A stretch of DNA of 63,565 nucleotides, counting the filler, from Octopus bimaculoides (Eukaryota), in NCBI RefSeq assembly GCF_001194135.2. It is 5 parts of 4 records of this genome, joined end to end, with 100 filler letters (N's around TTAATTAATTAA, not from the genome) between each part and the next. Parts side by side here need not be neighbours in the genome. Positions count along the whole stretch, not along the records: positions 1 to 21,199 come from NC_068987.1; positions 21,300 to 43,075 come from NC_069003.1; 3 more parts are not named here. One strand, 5' to 3'. The translations under genes were made by a program, and so were the position numbers. The notes below the pieces were generated by a model. The model saw only the letters and a list, made by a program, of their open reading frames with translations. It was not told the origin of the DNA and made no database searches. Below are positions 12,240-22,771 of this stretch, piece after piece. Each line of letters opens with the position of its first letter. Positions within the stretch are counted from its first letter, which is position 1.

Positions 12240-12423
12240 TTCCCCACCTTACAGTTCTATATTGAAGAGATGAGGAATTATGTACATTATTTACATTTGA
12301 TGGATATTTGTCCTCATCTTGTTTGTTGTTAGCACAACGTTTCGGCTGATATACCCTCCAGCCTTCATCAGGTGTTTGGGGGAAATTTCGAACCTGAATT
12401 CTCATTCCTAAGGTATTTTTCAA
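12240..12423 (-). mobile_element. Penelope-like mini-element abutting (TTG/TTA)n
   Basis: About 180 bp carrying a hammerhead fold, directly next to the trinucleotide microsatellite at 12424-12491. Confidence 0.45.
12331..12376 (-). ncRNA. Type I minimal hammerhead ribozyme motif
   Basis: The rc reads AACAC-CTGATGA-A-GGCTG-GAGGGTATAT-CAGCC-GAA-ACGT-T-GTGCT. It has a 5-bp stem II, an ACGT palindromic helix III, 4 of 5 pairs in stem I and one extra nucleotide after A9. Confidence 0.7.
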
Positions 12424-12434
12424 TGTTGTTGTTG

Positions 12435-12491
<57 letters not shown>

Positions 12492-13292
12492 NNNNNNNNN
12501 NNNNNNNNNNNNNNNNNNNNNNNNNNNNNNNNNNNNNNNNNNNNNNNNNNNNNNNNNNNNNNNNNNNNNNNNNNNNNNNNNNNNNNNNNNNNNNNNNNNN
12601 NNNNNNNNNNNNNNNNNNNNNNNNNNNNNNNNNNNNNNNNNNNNNNNNNNNNNNNNNNNNNNNNNNNNNNNNNNNNNNNNNNNNNNNNNNNNNNNNNNNN
12701 NNNNNNNNNNNNNNNNNNNNNNNNNNNNNNNNNNNNNNNNNNNNNNNNNNNNNNNNNNNNNNNNNNNNNNNNNNNNNNNNNNNNNNNNNNNNNNNNNNNN
12801 NNNNNNNNNNNNNNNNNNNNNNNNNNNNNNNNNNNNNNNNNNNNNNNNNNNNNNNNNNNNNNNNNNNNNNNNNNNNNNNNNNNNNNNNNNNNNNNNNNNN
12901 NNNNNNNNNNNNNNNNNNNNNNNNNNNNNNNNNNNNNNNNNNNNNNNNNNNNNNNNNNNNNNNNNNNNNNNNNNNNNNNNNNNNNNNNNNNNNNNNNNNN
13001 NNNNNNNNNNNNNNNNNNNNNNNNNNNNNNNNNNNNNNNNNNNNNNNNNNNNNNNNNNNNNNNNNNNNNNNNNNNNNNNNNNNNNNNNNNNNNNNNNNNN
13101 NNNNNNNNNNNNNNNNNNNNNNNNNNNNNNNNNNNNNNNNNNNNNNNNNNNNNNNNNNNNNNNNNNNNNNNNNNNNNNNNNNNNNNNNNNNNNNNNNNNN
13201 NNNNNNNNNNNNNNNNNNNNNNNNNNNNNNNNNNNNNNNNNNNNNNNNNNNNNNNNNNNNNNNNNNNNNNNNNNNNNNNNNNNNNNNNNNNN

Positions 13293-13491
13293 CTCAAGAA
13301 ACAGGAAGAAAGAGTGAGAGAAAACTGAGGCGAAAGAGTACAACAGGTGTCACCACCACCCCCTGCCGGAGCCTCGTGGAGCTTTAGGTGTTTTCGCTCA
13401 ATAAACACATACAACGCCCAGTCTGGGAATCGAAACCGCGATCCTCCGACCGCGAGTCCGCTGCCCTAATCACTGGGCCAATGAGCCTCCA
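13293..13491 (-). mobile_element. SINE family A, 5' part
   Basis: Reverse complement of the tRNA-like head and body seen at 2583. Confidence 0.85.
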
Positions 13492-13493
13492 AA

Positions 13494-13745
13494 TAAATGC
13501 ACCCTTTTAAAGCCTAGCCAGGCTCATGGGCCCGGTTTCCCGGTTTCAATGGAGTATGTGTTCCCCAGTTTGACGGGACGCCAGTCCATCGCAGCGTTAC
13601 TCATTTTTGCCAGCTGATCGGACTGGAGCAACGTGAAATGAAGTGTTTTGCTCAAGAACACAACGCGTCGCCCGGTCTAGGAATCGAAACCACAATCTTA
13701 CGATCATGATGCTGACACCCTAGCCACTAAGCCACGCGCCTCCAC
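13494..13745 (-). mobile_element. tRNA-headed SINE family D (CORE-like central block)
   Basis: The rc has a head with A/B boxes followed by TTCTTGAGCAAAACACTTCATTTCACGTTGCTCCAGTCC. Related pieces occur at 19303, 23310, 25226 and 38630. The CORE assignment is from resemblance only. Confidence 0.75.
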
Positions 13746-13990
13746 GCTTGTAATATGGAGGAACAAAAAAAAATTATAAAATTCAAATATGAGAAAGAAA
13801 GAAAAATATTGCTATTACGTTATAATAAAAAAAATTTCCGAGAACATGAGATATTTTCTTTAAATACAATTTTAAAAATTACTAAGTAAATGTAAAAATA
13901 AGACAATTTAAAAGGTAGAAACTAAAGAATATAAAATATATCAATTAAATTTTAAAAAATAGAGGAAAAGGGAAAAAAACATGTTCATAC

Positions 13991-14271
13991 TTGATTTTTT
14001 CTGTCATTACTCGGAAAATGATTTAACTCATTTGATTCGTGGTGTCGTCTGCTTTGTTCAAAATGTTCTTTAACCTCACGTTGTTTAAAAGTTTCTCCAC
14101 GTTTGCTCTGTACGATCTGCGATAGAAATGTCTTATTAAATATTCGCTTCTGGTATCTGCTGTGAGAATCGTTTTTCGATATAACTCTTGAACGGTCTCC
14201 AATAGTTACCCGTTTCGAATGGCTATTTGCTACTTGCACCCCGTTCACCCGAACTAGTTTTGTAGAATCTT
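13991..14271 (-). CDS. Candidate internal exon, unidentified gene
   Basis: Tandem AAG/AAG acceptor at 14272/14269 and donor CAA|GTATGA. The exon is open over 281 nt (DSTKLVRVNG...NHFPSNDRKNQ), and phase 1-0 fits the exon at 10973. Confidence 0.4.
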
Positions 14272-14779
14272 CTTTGAACATTAGAAATATGATGCACAGT
14301 AGAAGATACGGTTCGATCGACATACTTTTGCCTTTTTAAAGTAGTTACTAACAATCATCGCCTTTCCTTATCAGACATCGTTGTCGTCATCGTCGTCATC
14401 GTCGTCGTCGTCACCGTCGCCATTGGTTTTATTGTTCCCATCGGCTTTGACACTCGTCTTTTCCGTGATGGCATGAAACAAACATACAGACTGTGTTTTC
14501 ATTCTCGACAGCAAGTAGTGTAAGGAATTTAGTTTGTTTGTCTAAGGGTCTGACCATGTAGAGATAAAAAGGGGAGGATTATGTATGTGTTCATTTATGT
14601 ATATATGTATGAGTGTGTGTGTACGCGCGCGCGCACACACATGGACTCACATACAGATATATACATACAAATATACACAAATATGCAAAATCATATATGC
14701 ATACACACATGCACATATATATAAGTATGCACATGTGTATACATCCTCACGTAGATGTGCTTATATGTGTGTGTGTGTG

Positions 14780-14828
<49 letters not shown>

Positions 14829-15402
14829 CGTATTTCATCTTGTTTACGTTTTGTGACGTCCTGTACTCATATATGCATATATAAATATGTATATATATAC
14901 ATATATNNNNNNNNNNNNNNNNNNNNNNNNNNNNNNNNNNNNNNNNNNNNNNNNNNNNNNNNNNNNNNNNNNNNNNNNNNNNNNNNNNNNNNNNNNNNNN
15001 NNNNNNNNNNNNNNNNNNNNNNNNNNNNNNNNNNNNNNNNNNNNNNNNNNNNNNNNNNNNNNNNNNNNNNNNNNNNNNNNNNNNNNNNNNNNNNNNNNNN
15101 NNNNNNNNNNNNNNNNNNNNNNNNNNNNNNNNNNNNNNNNNNNNNNNNNNNNNNNNNNNNNNNNNNNNNNNNNNNNNNNNNNNNNNNNNNNNNNNNNNNN
15201 NNNNNNNNNNNNNNNNNNNNNNNNNNNNNNNNNNNNNNNNNNNNNNNNNNNNNNNNNNNNNNNNNNNNNNNNNNNNNNNNNNNNNNNNNNNNNNNNNNNN
15301 NNNNNNNNNNNNNNNNNNNNNNNNNNNNNNNNNNNNNNNNNNNNNNNNNNNNNNNNNNNNNNNNNNNNNNNNNNNNNNNNNNNNNNNNNNNNNNNNNNNN
15401 NN

Positions 15403-15450
<48 letters not shown>

Positions 15451-15517
15451 ATATAAACTGGACATGGGCGATCGTTGTATTCTTTCTTGTCTTGAGATTC
15501 ACAGCCAAACGGAACAC

Positions 15518-15650
15518 CGCCTTCAGTCGAACAAATCGACCCCAAGACTTATTCTTTGTAAGCCTGGTACTTATTCCAACGGTCTATTTTGTCGAACTGC
15601 TAAGTTACGGGGACATGAACACACCAACATCGGTTGTGAAGCAATGGTGG
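15518..15650 (-). mobile_element. SINE family B 3' fragment
   Basis: Matches CACCGCC..AGTCGAACAAATCGACCCC..TAAGTTACGGGGAC seen at 1620-1740. Confidence 0.75.
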
Positions 15651-16157
15651 AGTAGACTCGGGTGAAATTCCTCTGTCCCTTTATTATATATATATACGTG
15701 CATTCGAACGTAGCAGGGAACAGCTAGCCTTTGGCCACTATTTGGATCCCGTTTTGTCCACTACTCTAACTGGCTACGAAATGGTATTATTCATCTTTCT
15801 TGTGTCTATGAACTTACTTCTCCGATGACTCTTTCACTGTCTCCTTCTCCATTGCTATCCTTATATGTCCTTAACACGTGCATACATCTATGCTTACATA
15901 CACATTTTGTTCTCATGATGGCCTGTCTATGTCTATTATTCTGTATACATGATGAACACACAGACACACATTTTAACATATCAATACATCTCTTAATCAT
16001 TCTCACGCGGTTGTGCCTTCTCTCTTTTCCCTCTGGCATTTATATTGGTTCTATCAATTTCCCCTTTTATTGTAACGGCCGTGTGATGTGGAACTAAAGA
16101 GCCATTCTCTTCACCTCACATCGCATGGTCCCTTACATATATATATGTATATCGCAC

Positions 16158-16221
<64 letters not shown>

Positions 16222-16228
<7 letters not shown>

Positions 16229-16395
16229 GACAGGCTTCTTTCAGTTTCCGTCTACCAAATCCACTCACGAAGCTTTGGTCGGCCCGAAGCTATAGTAGAA
16301 GACACTTGCCCAAGGTGCCACGCAGTGCGACTGAACCCAAAACCATGTGGTTGGGAAGCAAGATTCTTGCCATTCTTGCCACACAGTCACGCCTG
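16222..16395 (-). mobile_element. SINE family B 5' half
   Basis: Nearly identical to 1810-1975. Confidence 0.85.
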
Positions 16396-16535
16396 TATAT
16401 ATAATATATATGTATATATACATACGTACAATATATATATATATGGGAGAATGTACGAAAAAAAAACAACAGACGAGGACAGGTGGTGTAAACAACAAAA
16501 GGATGTATTAGTTTAACGCTCGGGAATACAGAAAG

Positions 16536-16572
16536 TCTTTAACGTTTCGAGCTACGCTCTTCAACAGAAAGA
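16536..16572 (-). ncRNA. Minimal hammerhead-like motif with A6U variant core (second identical copy 16818-16854)
   Basis: The rc reads TCTTT-CTGTTGA-A-GAGC-GTA-GCTC-GAA-ACGT-T-AAAGA. It has a perfect 5-bp stem I, a 4-bp stem II and an ACGT helix III, with core CUGUUGA instead of CUGANGA. Confidence 0.55.
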
Positions 16573-18529
16573 ATACGGAGAAAACAAGTATATATATGTA
16601 TGTATGTATATGTATATATATACATATATATATATATATATGTGTGTGTGCNNNNNNNNNNNNNNNNNNNNNNNNNNNNNNNNNNNNNNNNNNNNNNNNN
16701 NNNNNNNNNNNAATATATATATATATGGGAGAATGTACGAAAAAAAAACAACAGACGAGGACAGGTGGTGTAAACAACAAAAGGATGTATTAGTTTAACG
16801 CTCGGGAATACAGAAAGTCTTTAACGTTTCGAGCTACGCTCTTCAACAGAAAGAATACGGAGAAAACAAGTATATATATGTATGTATGTATATGTATATA
16901 TATACATATATATATATATATATGTGTGTGTGCGTGCGTGTTTATATGTGTGTGTGCCTGCGTTTGTGTTTGTCCCCTACCACCGCTTGTCAAGTGATGT
17001 TGGTTTACTTACGTCCCCCGTAACTTAGCAGTTCGGCAATGAGAAAAATATAAAATAAATACCAGGTTTGCAAAAATAGGTCCTGTGGTCAATTTTTCCG
17101 ACTAAATCCGTCAAGGTGGTACTCCACCATGGCCGCAGTCCATTGTCTGAGTACAAGCTGAAAATGAAAGAAAAATAACTAAACAGCCCCGTTGCAAAAA
17201 TAAGAAGTTAAAGTAAGACCGAAAGCGGGATAGAGAGAAACAAGTTAAGTGGATGAATAAATGAATAAAATAGAAAGACTTCATATTTTTATTTGACGAC
17301 CTAATGTTTTAACTGTTTTATACTGTCTTTGTTAGTTTTGTCATGGCTTCAAACTGGAATATTTACACTGAAATTGTGTGTTTACTTCACATTAAATCCA
17401 CAAACGAAATATGCCTTTGTTCACATTCTTAGATCTCGTACAATTTTCTTTGTTCATTGTTGTTATTGTTGTTGTTGTTATTGTTATTGTTGTTGTTATT
17501 ATTACAGAGCAAGTTAACTTGACACGGTGCAGACAAGGGCAAACTTTCTCGAGAAGTGAGTTATATGAGACACTACTCATTATCAGGCGGGCCACACTGC
17601 CAAAGAAAGAAAAAAAAATCAAAGTAATTTTTCGTCAGGTGTGCTATTTAGAAAGCTACTTTTGCTGAAGAACACATCTGTAAGAAACGACCGTGCGAAC
17701 TCAAAAAGGAGAAATGGTGACGAATGGAAAAACAGAGGACTCCTTTTATTTAAACGCGTCACACGGTCGAACACAAAATAATATATCAATGATGATATAC
17801 AAATAATGTTATACTTCGATAACGTTAGTGAATTCGTAAATACCAGTAATGAAGAGACGATAGAAGGCAACCGTTTGAAATGAATAACAGAAATATTTAT
17901 TGTGGCGTTAAAGATGTATGTGTATGTGAGAGTGTGAATGCGACATATAAGAATATAATCAAAGACAGGCCGTCGTACAAAGAAAAGTATGTATATGAGT
18001 GATACATGTGTGTGTATGTGAGTTATTACAGCAGATAGAAAGAGTCAGTAACCGTGAGCATTTATACCAGTTCTTGAGTACACAATAGTATGAGTCTGTA
18101 TGTGAAAGAAGTGAGTTGAGGCTGTGTGTGTGGCAGAGCTGATCACTAGTTGTGATGTTGTGGCATCGATGTCGGGCCGTGATTCTTGTTATACAGATGG
18201 TCGTCGCTGGCTGAAATTCTTGTCTGTTTATTTATCGTGGTGAAGCTGAGTCACCTAACAGAATCGAAGAGAGAGAGATGTGCCGCGGTGGTTTAGTTTG
18301 GTGTACATAGAAAGTCGTGTAGACGCTGGTGGTGAAGAGGCTGCTTGGTAGTAGTCGTAGAATCGTGTTAGTCATGACGATGATGCTGGTTAGTAGTCGT
18401 AGACTCGTGTTGCTGATGTGGCGACGGCGGTGGTCATCGTTGGCTGGACGAAGCTGTTGAAGTGGTCGCTGGTCGCTGGCTGCTGATTGTTGCTGCTGCT
18501 GTCGTGTGGTACACGGAACAGATCTCAAA

Positions 18530-18720
18530 GAGAAACTGGACCGAGACAAATCTGCTGGGTATGAGTTGCTCTATTTATAGCGAATTATCGGCTCCCGAAT
18601 GCTTCAGAAAAATACTATATCACGTGACCTTATTAAGGGCTGTGATTGGTCAGTTTGCGTTCTGGCGGGAACGGTTCGAAGAAGTTGCCGCTTCGAATAT
18701 TAATCAGTCACGTGATGACA
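18530..18720 (-). promoter_or_regulatory. Candidate Pol II core/proximal promoter
   Basis: CTATTTATAG at 18571-18580 is an exact MEF2 consensus and reads TATAAATA on the minus strand. A minus-strand CCAAT lies at about 18644-18648, with CACGTG E-boxes at about 18621 and 18709, in a locally CpG-rich, repeat-free stretch. Confidence 0.45.
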
Positions 18721-19302
18721 AGGAGATGGGTTCTCCGCTACGCCCGCGTTTGTTTATATTTAAATGAGAAGAATGGCGATAGCAGTTTTGTATCTAATGG
18801 CGATAGGTAGTTTCGTATGTAATGGCGATCGAGGTGTTAGTTTCACTACACATCGCACCGCTCGGTCCGAGAATCGAAATCACGATTTGGCGATCGTGAA
18901 TGCAACACCCTAACCACTAGCCCACGCTCTTTCACTCATGTGTTTAAGACATCAGTTTAAAGTTTGAGCTAGGGGTGAAAGGGCAGCGTCTATGAGTTCT
19001 GAAAGCCCCTATTCCACCACTCTTCGAGACTAGTCAAAGAAGGGGAGTTTTATCATATCTTCACACGAGAGACTTGGTCCGAATGCTTGCAGGGAGTAGA
19101 CTCAGGTAAACAAACTTAAATGCAACAAACTCAAGAACTGCCATAGTGCATCCAACAAGCTTCTATACAGTTTCCATCTAATCAATTTCACTTACAAGGC
19201 TTGGGACGACTGGAAGCTACAGTAAGAGACACTTACCCGAAATGCTACACGGTGGGATCAGGCGCAGAACCCAATAATTAAGTGCATCAATAATTATAAT
19301 GT

Positions 19303-20060
19303 GTGGAGGTGCATAGCTTAGTGGTTAGGGTTATGGACTCATGATCGCTGATCGTAAAATAGTGGTTTCGATTCCTGAGCTGGGCGATACGTTGTGTTCC
19401 TGAGCAAAACACTTCATTTCACGTTGTTCCAATCCACTCAGTTGGTAAAAGTGAATAACCCTGCGACTGACCGGCGTACCATCCGCAAAATATTTTTTTC
19501 CACGAGAGTTCCGGACCCCAGTTATGAACTCATTTGTATACAGCCAATCAGAGCTCAACTATCAAGCTAATTTATGAGCGTATAACAAGTGATGGGCGAT
19601 GAGATAAGGTAATTTGGGTAAGAAATGACCATGCTTCGTTTCTCTTTTGATAATGCTTGTGTTCTAGTCTTGTTTGAACTATGGCTGCCTCCGCGTAGTT
19701 ATTTGTGTTGTTGTTTACTTTCTAAAACAGTAAGGGGAGAGGGTTGCTAGCACATCACCCTTTACCCATATTTTCCCATCCACATCTTTTCCATATGGGG
19801 CCCTAACAAAATCCGATAATAGGTATAGATGCAAATCTAATTACTTGTCTCCTAAAATCAGGCATAACTTGGCGACCGATCTTCGTCTTGAGTTTACTTG
19901 GTAGAGTGTGTTTGTTAATTTGACAAGGTCAAGGTGAGCTCTAATTGGCTGTATGCAAATGAGTTCATTACTGGAGTCCGGAACTCTCGTGGGAGAAAAA
20001 TTTCGCGTCCCATCCAGGGAGGAATATATACACCTGACAAACCGAGAACCCGGTCCTATG
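19303..20060 (+). mobile_element. SINE family D split by a nested insertion
   Basis: Head and CORE-like block at 19303-19484. The SINE resumes at 20007 (gtcccatccaggg...). Confidence 0.7.
19485..20006. mobile_element. Non-autonomous DNA transposon, about 70-bp TIRs, 9-bp TSD (Mutator-like)
   Basis: TIRs GC(A/G)AAA...CCACGAGAGTTCCGGAC...GAACTCATTTG(T/C)ATACAGCCAAT...GAGCTCA at both ends. TSD GTACCATCC (19476-19484) / GTCCCATCC (20007-20015). Confidence 0.75.
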
Positions 20061-20156
20061 CTCCTTACGACATGATGTGGACTACCCATAACTACAATTA
20101 CTATGATGTACTGACCATAATTACAGTATAAGAGCAGTGAGTTTTGATTTAACTGC

Positions 20157-20190
20157 GCAAGACCAGAACATATGTATGTTCTGGTCTTGC
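20157..20190. repeat. Perfect 16-bp hairpin
   Basis: GCAAGACCAGAACATA-TG-TATGTTCTGGTCTTGC. Confidence 0.9.
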
Positions 20191-21141
20191 ACACTGAGTT
20201 CGAATGTGATATTGTTTGACATTTGACTTTTGTTTTGTCTCAGATAACAATGATATTAGCTTTGTTGTCCTTGTTCTTGAGTATTCATCTAATATTTTTG
20301 TCTCTCTCGAATTACATTCATTGCTTAATGCATTTTTTAAAGACATTAAGGTGTAAATTGAAGGAGATTTGATTGCTATTGCTTTTTTTTCTGTTCTATA
20401 ACACAAAATAGATAAGTATACGAAGTTTGAAAGTCTTTCGGTACCAAAAACACTACATAAAACAAAAATGAAAACTGGTGCCCCCGTTTTGAAATAGATC
20501 CAGCACCCCTTCTCTAACTTGAGTCAAGGTGGTTTATATAACGTCCTTGGTTTGTAAACGTATATACGGTAACGTCCTTTATTATTATTGTATATACAAC
20601 ATAATGTAAACGTGTAGCTTTTTTGTGCACTTTATTTGCAGAAAATAAAGAAATAACAGTAATAACGTCAGTGAAAAATGAATATTAAGTAAATTGCCTT
20701 TACATATTTATGACTTAGAAAATTTTTCTTAGAAAATATTTTTCATTTTTAACCTCGTATATAGTACACAGTAGAAATTTTGACCTTTACATTTTGGGAA
20801 AAAGTGCGGATTATACTCGAGGATTTACGGTACTCAATAATGAATGAAAGAAATCTTGTTTTTCGCGCTGATGTTGTATAGTGGGAATGGTTACATATTT
20901 CTTATCTATTTCTGTATTACATAGTTCAATTTATGTAAGAAACAAACACACACAACCAACATATACACACAACCAACATACACACATACACACACATATT
21001 CACTTAGACACACACTCTCTCTCAAACAGACACATTTATGTATGCGCTTCATTGCAGTCAATTTCGTTTTATTTTCATCCGATCCAAAGTCTATGTACGT
21101 AAGTCTTTAATTTACTTTATCAGCTCCGTCATACTGTCGTT

Positions 21142-21199
<58 letters not shown>

Positions 21200-21299
21200 N
21201 NNNNNNNNNNNNNNNNNNNNNNNNNNNNNNNNNNNNNNNNNNNTTAATTAATTAANNNNNNNNNNNNNNNNNNNNNNNNNNNNNNNNNNNNNNNNNNNN
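21200..21299. other. Artificial scaffold join
   Basis: 44 N + TTAATTAATTAA (stops in all six frames) + 44 N. Confidence 0.9.
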
Positions 21300-22451
21300 A
21301 AAAAAAAAAAAAAAAAAGTTGTCATGGTCTTATTTGAAATCAATCAAAATATGTTGCTATCCTTGATAAAGCTGATCGCTATTGCATTCTGTAATGTCAT
21401 ATTTTATGAACAAAGACATCACACTACATTATTAATCTGAATACCTAGGTGGGCAAACCGGTAATGAATGCTTGTGGCTAGAAGCACAGGTGCAAGAAAT
21501 CGGCACCAAAGATACATATATATATTAATCTGAATCTGCAGATTTGTCTGATCTATATATCACCAAGGTGGGAAAATGGACAGAAGAAAAAGTGATGTTT
21601 GTAGCTGCCAGTGTTGCTGCTGCTGCTGCTACTTATACTACTACTACTATGACAGTTTCCATTGCTACTACTGCTGTTGTTCATTTGTCCGTTTAATCAC
21701 TTCAAACCACATCAAACACCACAGCTTCATTTCATTTCATTTAATTTTTTTTTTTTTTTTTTTTTTCAAAACCAGACTTTGAAAAAAAACTTTTATTCAT
21801 TAACGTATGATTTAATCACTGTCATTATCAGATTCACTACCACTGCTACTACAACCATCTTAAAACAATTCTCATTATTGACATCATTCTCATTGTCGCC
21901 TTCATGAACATCATCTACTCTTTAAAAGGAGAAATAAATTGTTAGTGTTTGCTCTGAGGATTACAAACAAAGCAAAAAAAAAAAAACAGAAAGAAAAAGA
22001 AAAAAAGGAAAGAGAATACTGTGCCTGGACCCTGTACATATTTGGGGTTTTTAGTTTTTTTTGTTTTTTTTAATCCTCACCCCTTTTTCTTCAAAACTTT
22101 GTTTGTTACCAACAAACTTTTTATACTGGGCTTTGATTTTGATAGATTCCAATATTTGAAAGTCTGGTTCATTGTCATTAACTGTAGCACTTGGTAGTAT
22201 ATGAAAGTTTTTACTATTCCTGTTGATATTATTGATAATTATAACAACTACCACTACCACCACTATCACTTATACTAGTTTGGGTAATTTATAGACTTTA
22301 CATTTGATTTTTAATTGAAGGTAAACCTTTTTTTTTTAACACAATTAATGAGATGACTAATGAGATAATATTCCATCTTTAGAGAGTGTATATTTACATC
22401 TATACTGTTTCAATTAGTTTGATCTTCCTTCATTATGTGTCTTTTCTCTCA

Positions 22452-22771
22452 ATGCCTACACAGTACCCCAGACTGGATGCTTACATGGTACCCCAGACTG
22501 GATGCCTACATGGTATTCCAGACGAGTACAGGGTACCCCAGACTGGATACCTATATGGTACTCCAGAGTGGATGCCTACATGGTACCCCAGACTGAATAC
22601 AGACATGGTACCCCTGATTGAATACCTACATGGTACCTCAGACTGGATGTCTACAGGGTACCCCAGACTGGATACTTGCATGGTACCCCAGATTGAATAC
22701 AAACATGGTACCCCTGATTGGATACCTACATGGTACCCCAGACTGGTTGCTTACATGGTACCTCAGACTGA
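22452..22771. repeat. 25-bp minisatellite, about 13 diverged copies
   Basis: Unit CATGGTACCCCAGACTGGATGCCTA. Confidence 0.9.

Noticed and set aside
14488-14549. Extra minus-strand exon PLDKQTKFLTLLAVENENTV (and 17500-17600 exon-like signals on both strands)
   Set aside because: The splice sites are plausible, but chaining needs weak donors or a specific NAGNAG choice; support is too thin to list.
17655-17705. Plus-strand CTGAAGA-ACA..TGT-AA-GAA-ACGACCGT-G
   Set aside because: It has a two-base insertion, G at position 17 and weak stems; probably chance.
18232-18549. 105-aa ORF with a poly-Q stretch
   Set aside because: Non-ATG start, low complexity and no similarity; more likely 5' UTR.
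22452-22771. CRISPR-like regular repeats (also 53652-54104, 56841-57003)
   Set aside because: Contiguous tandem units with no unique spacers, in a eukaryotic context with no cas genes.
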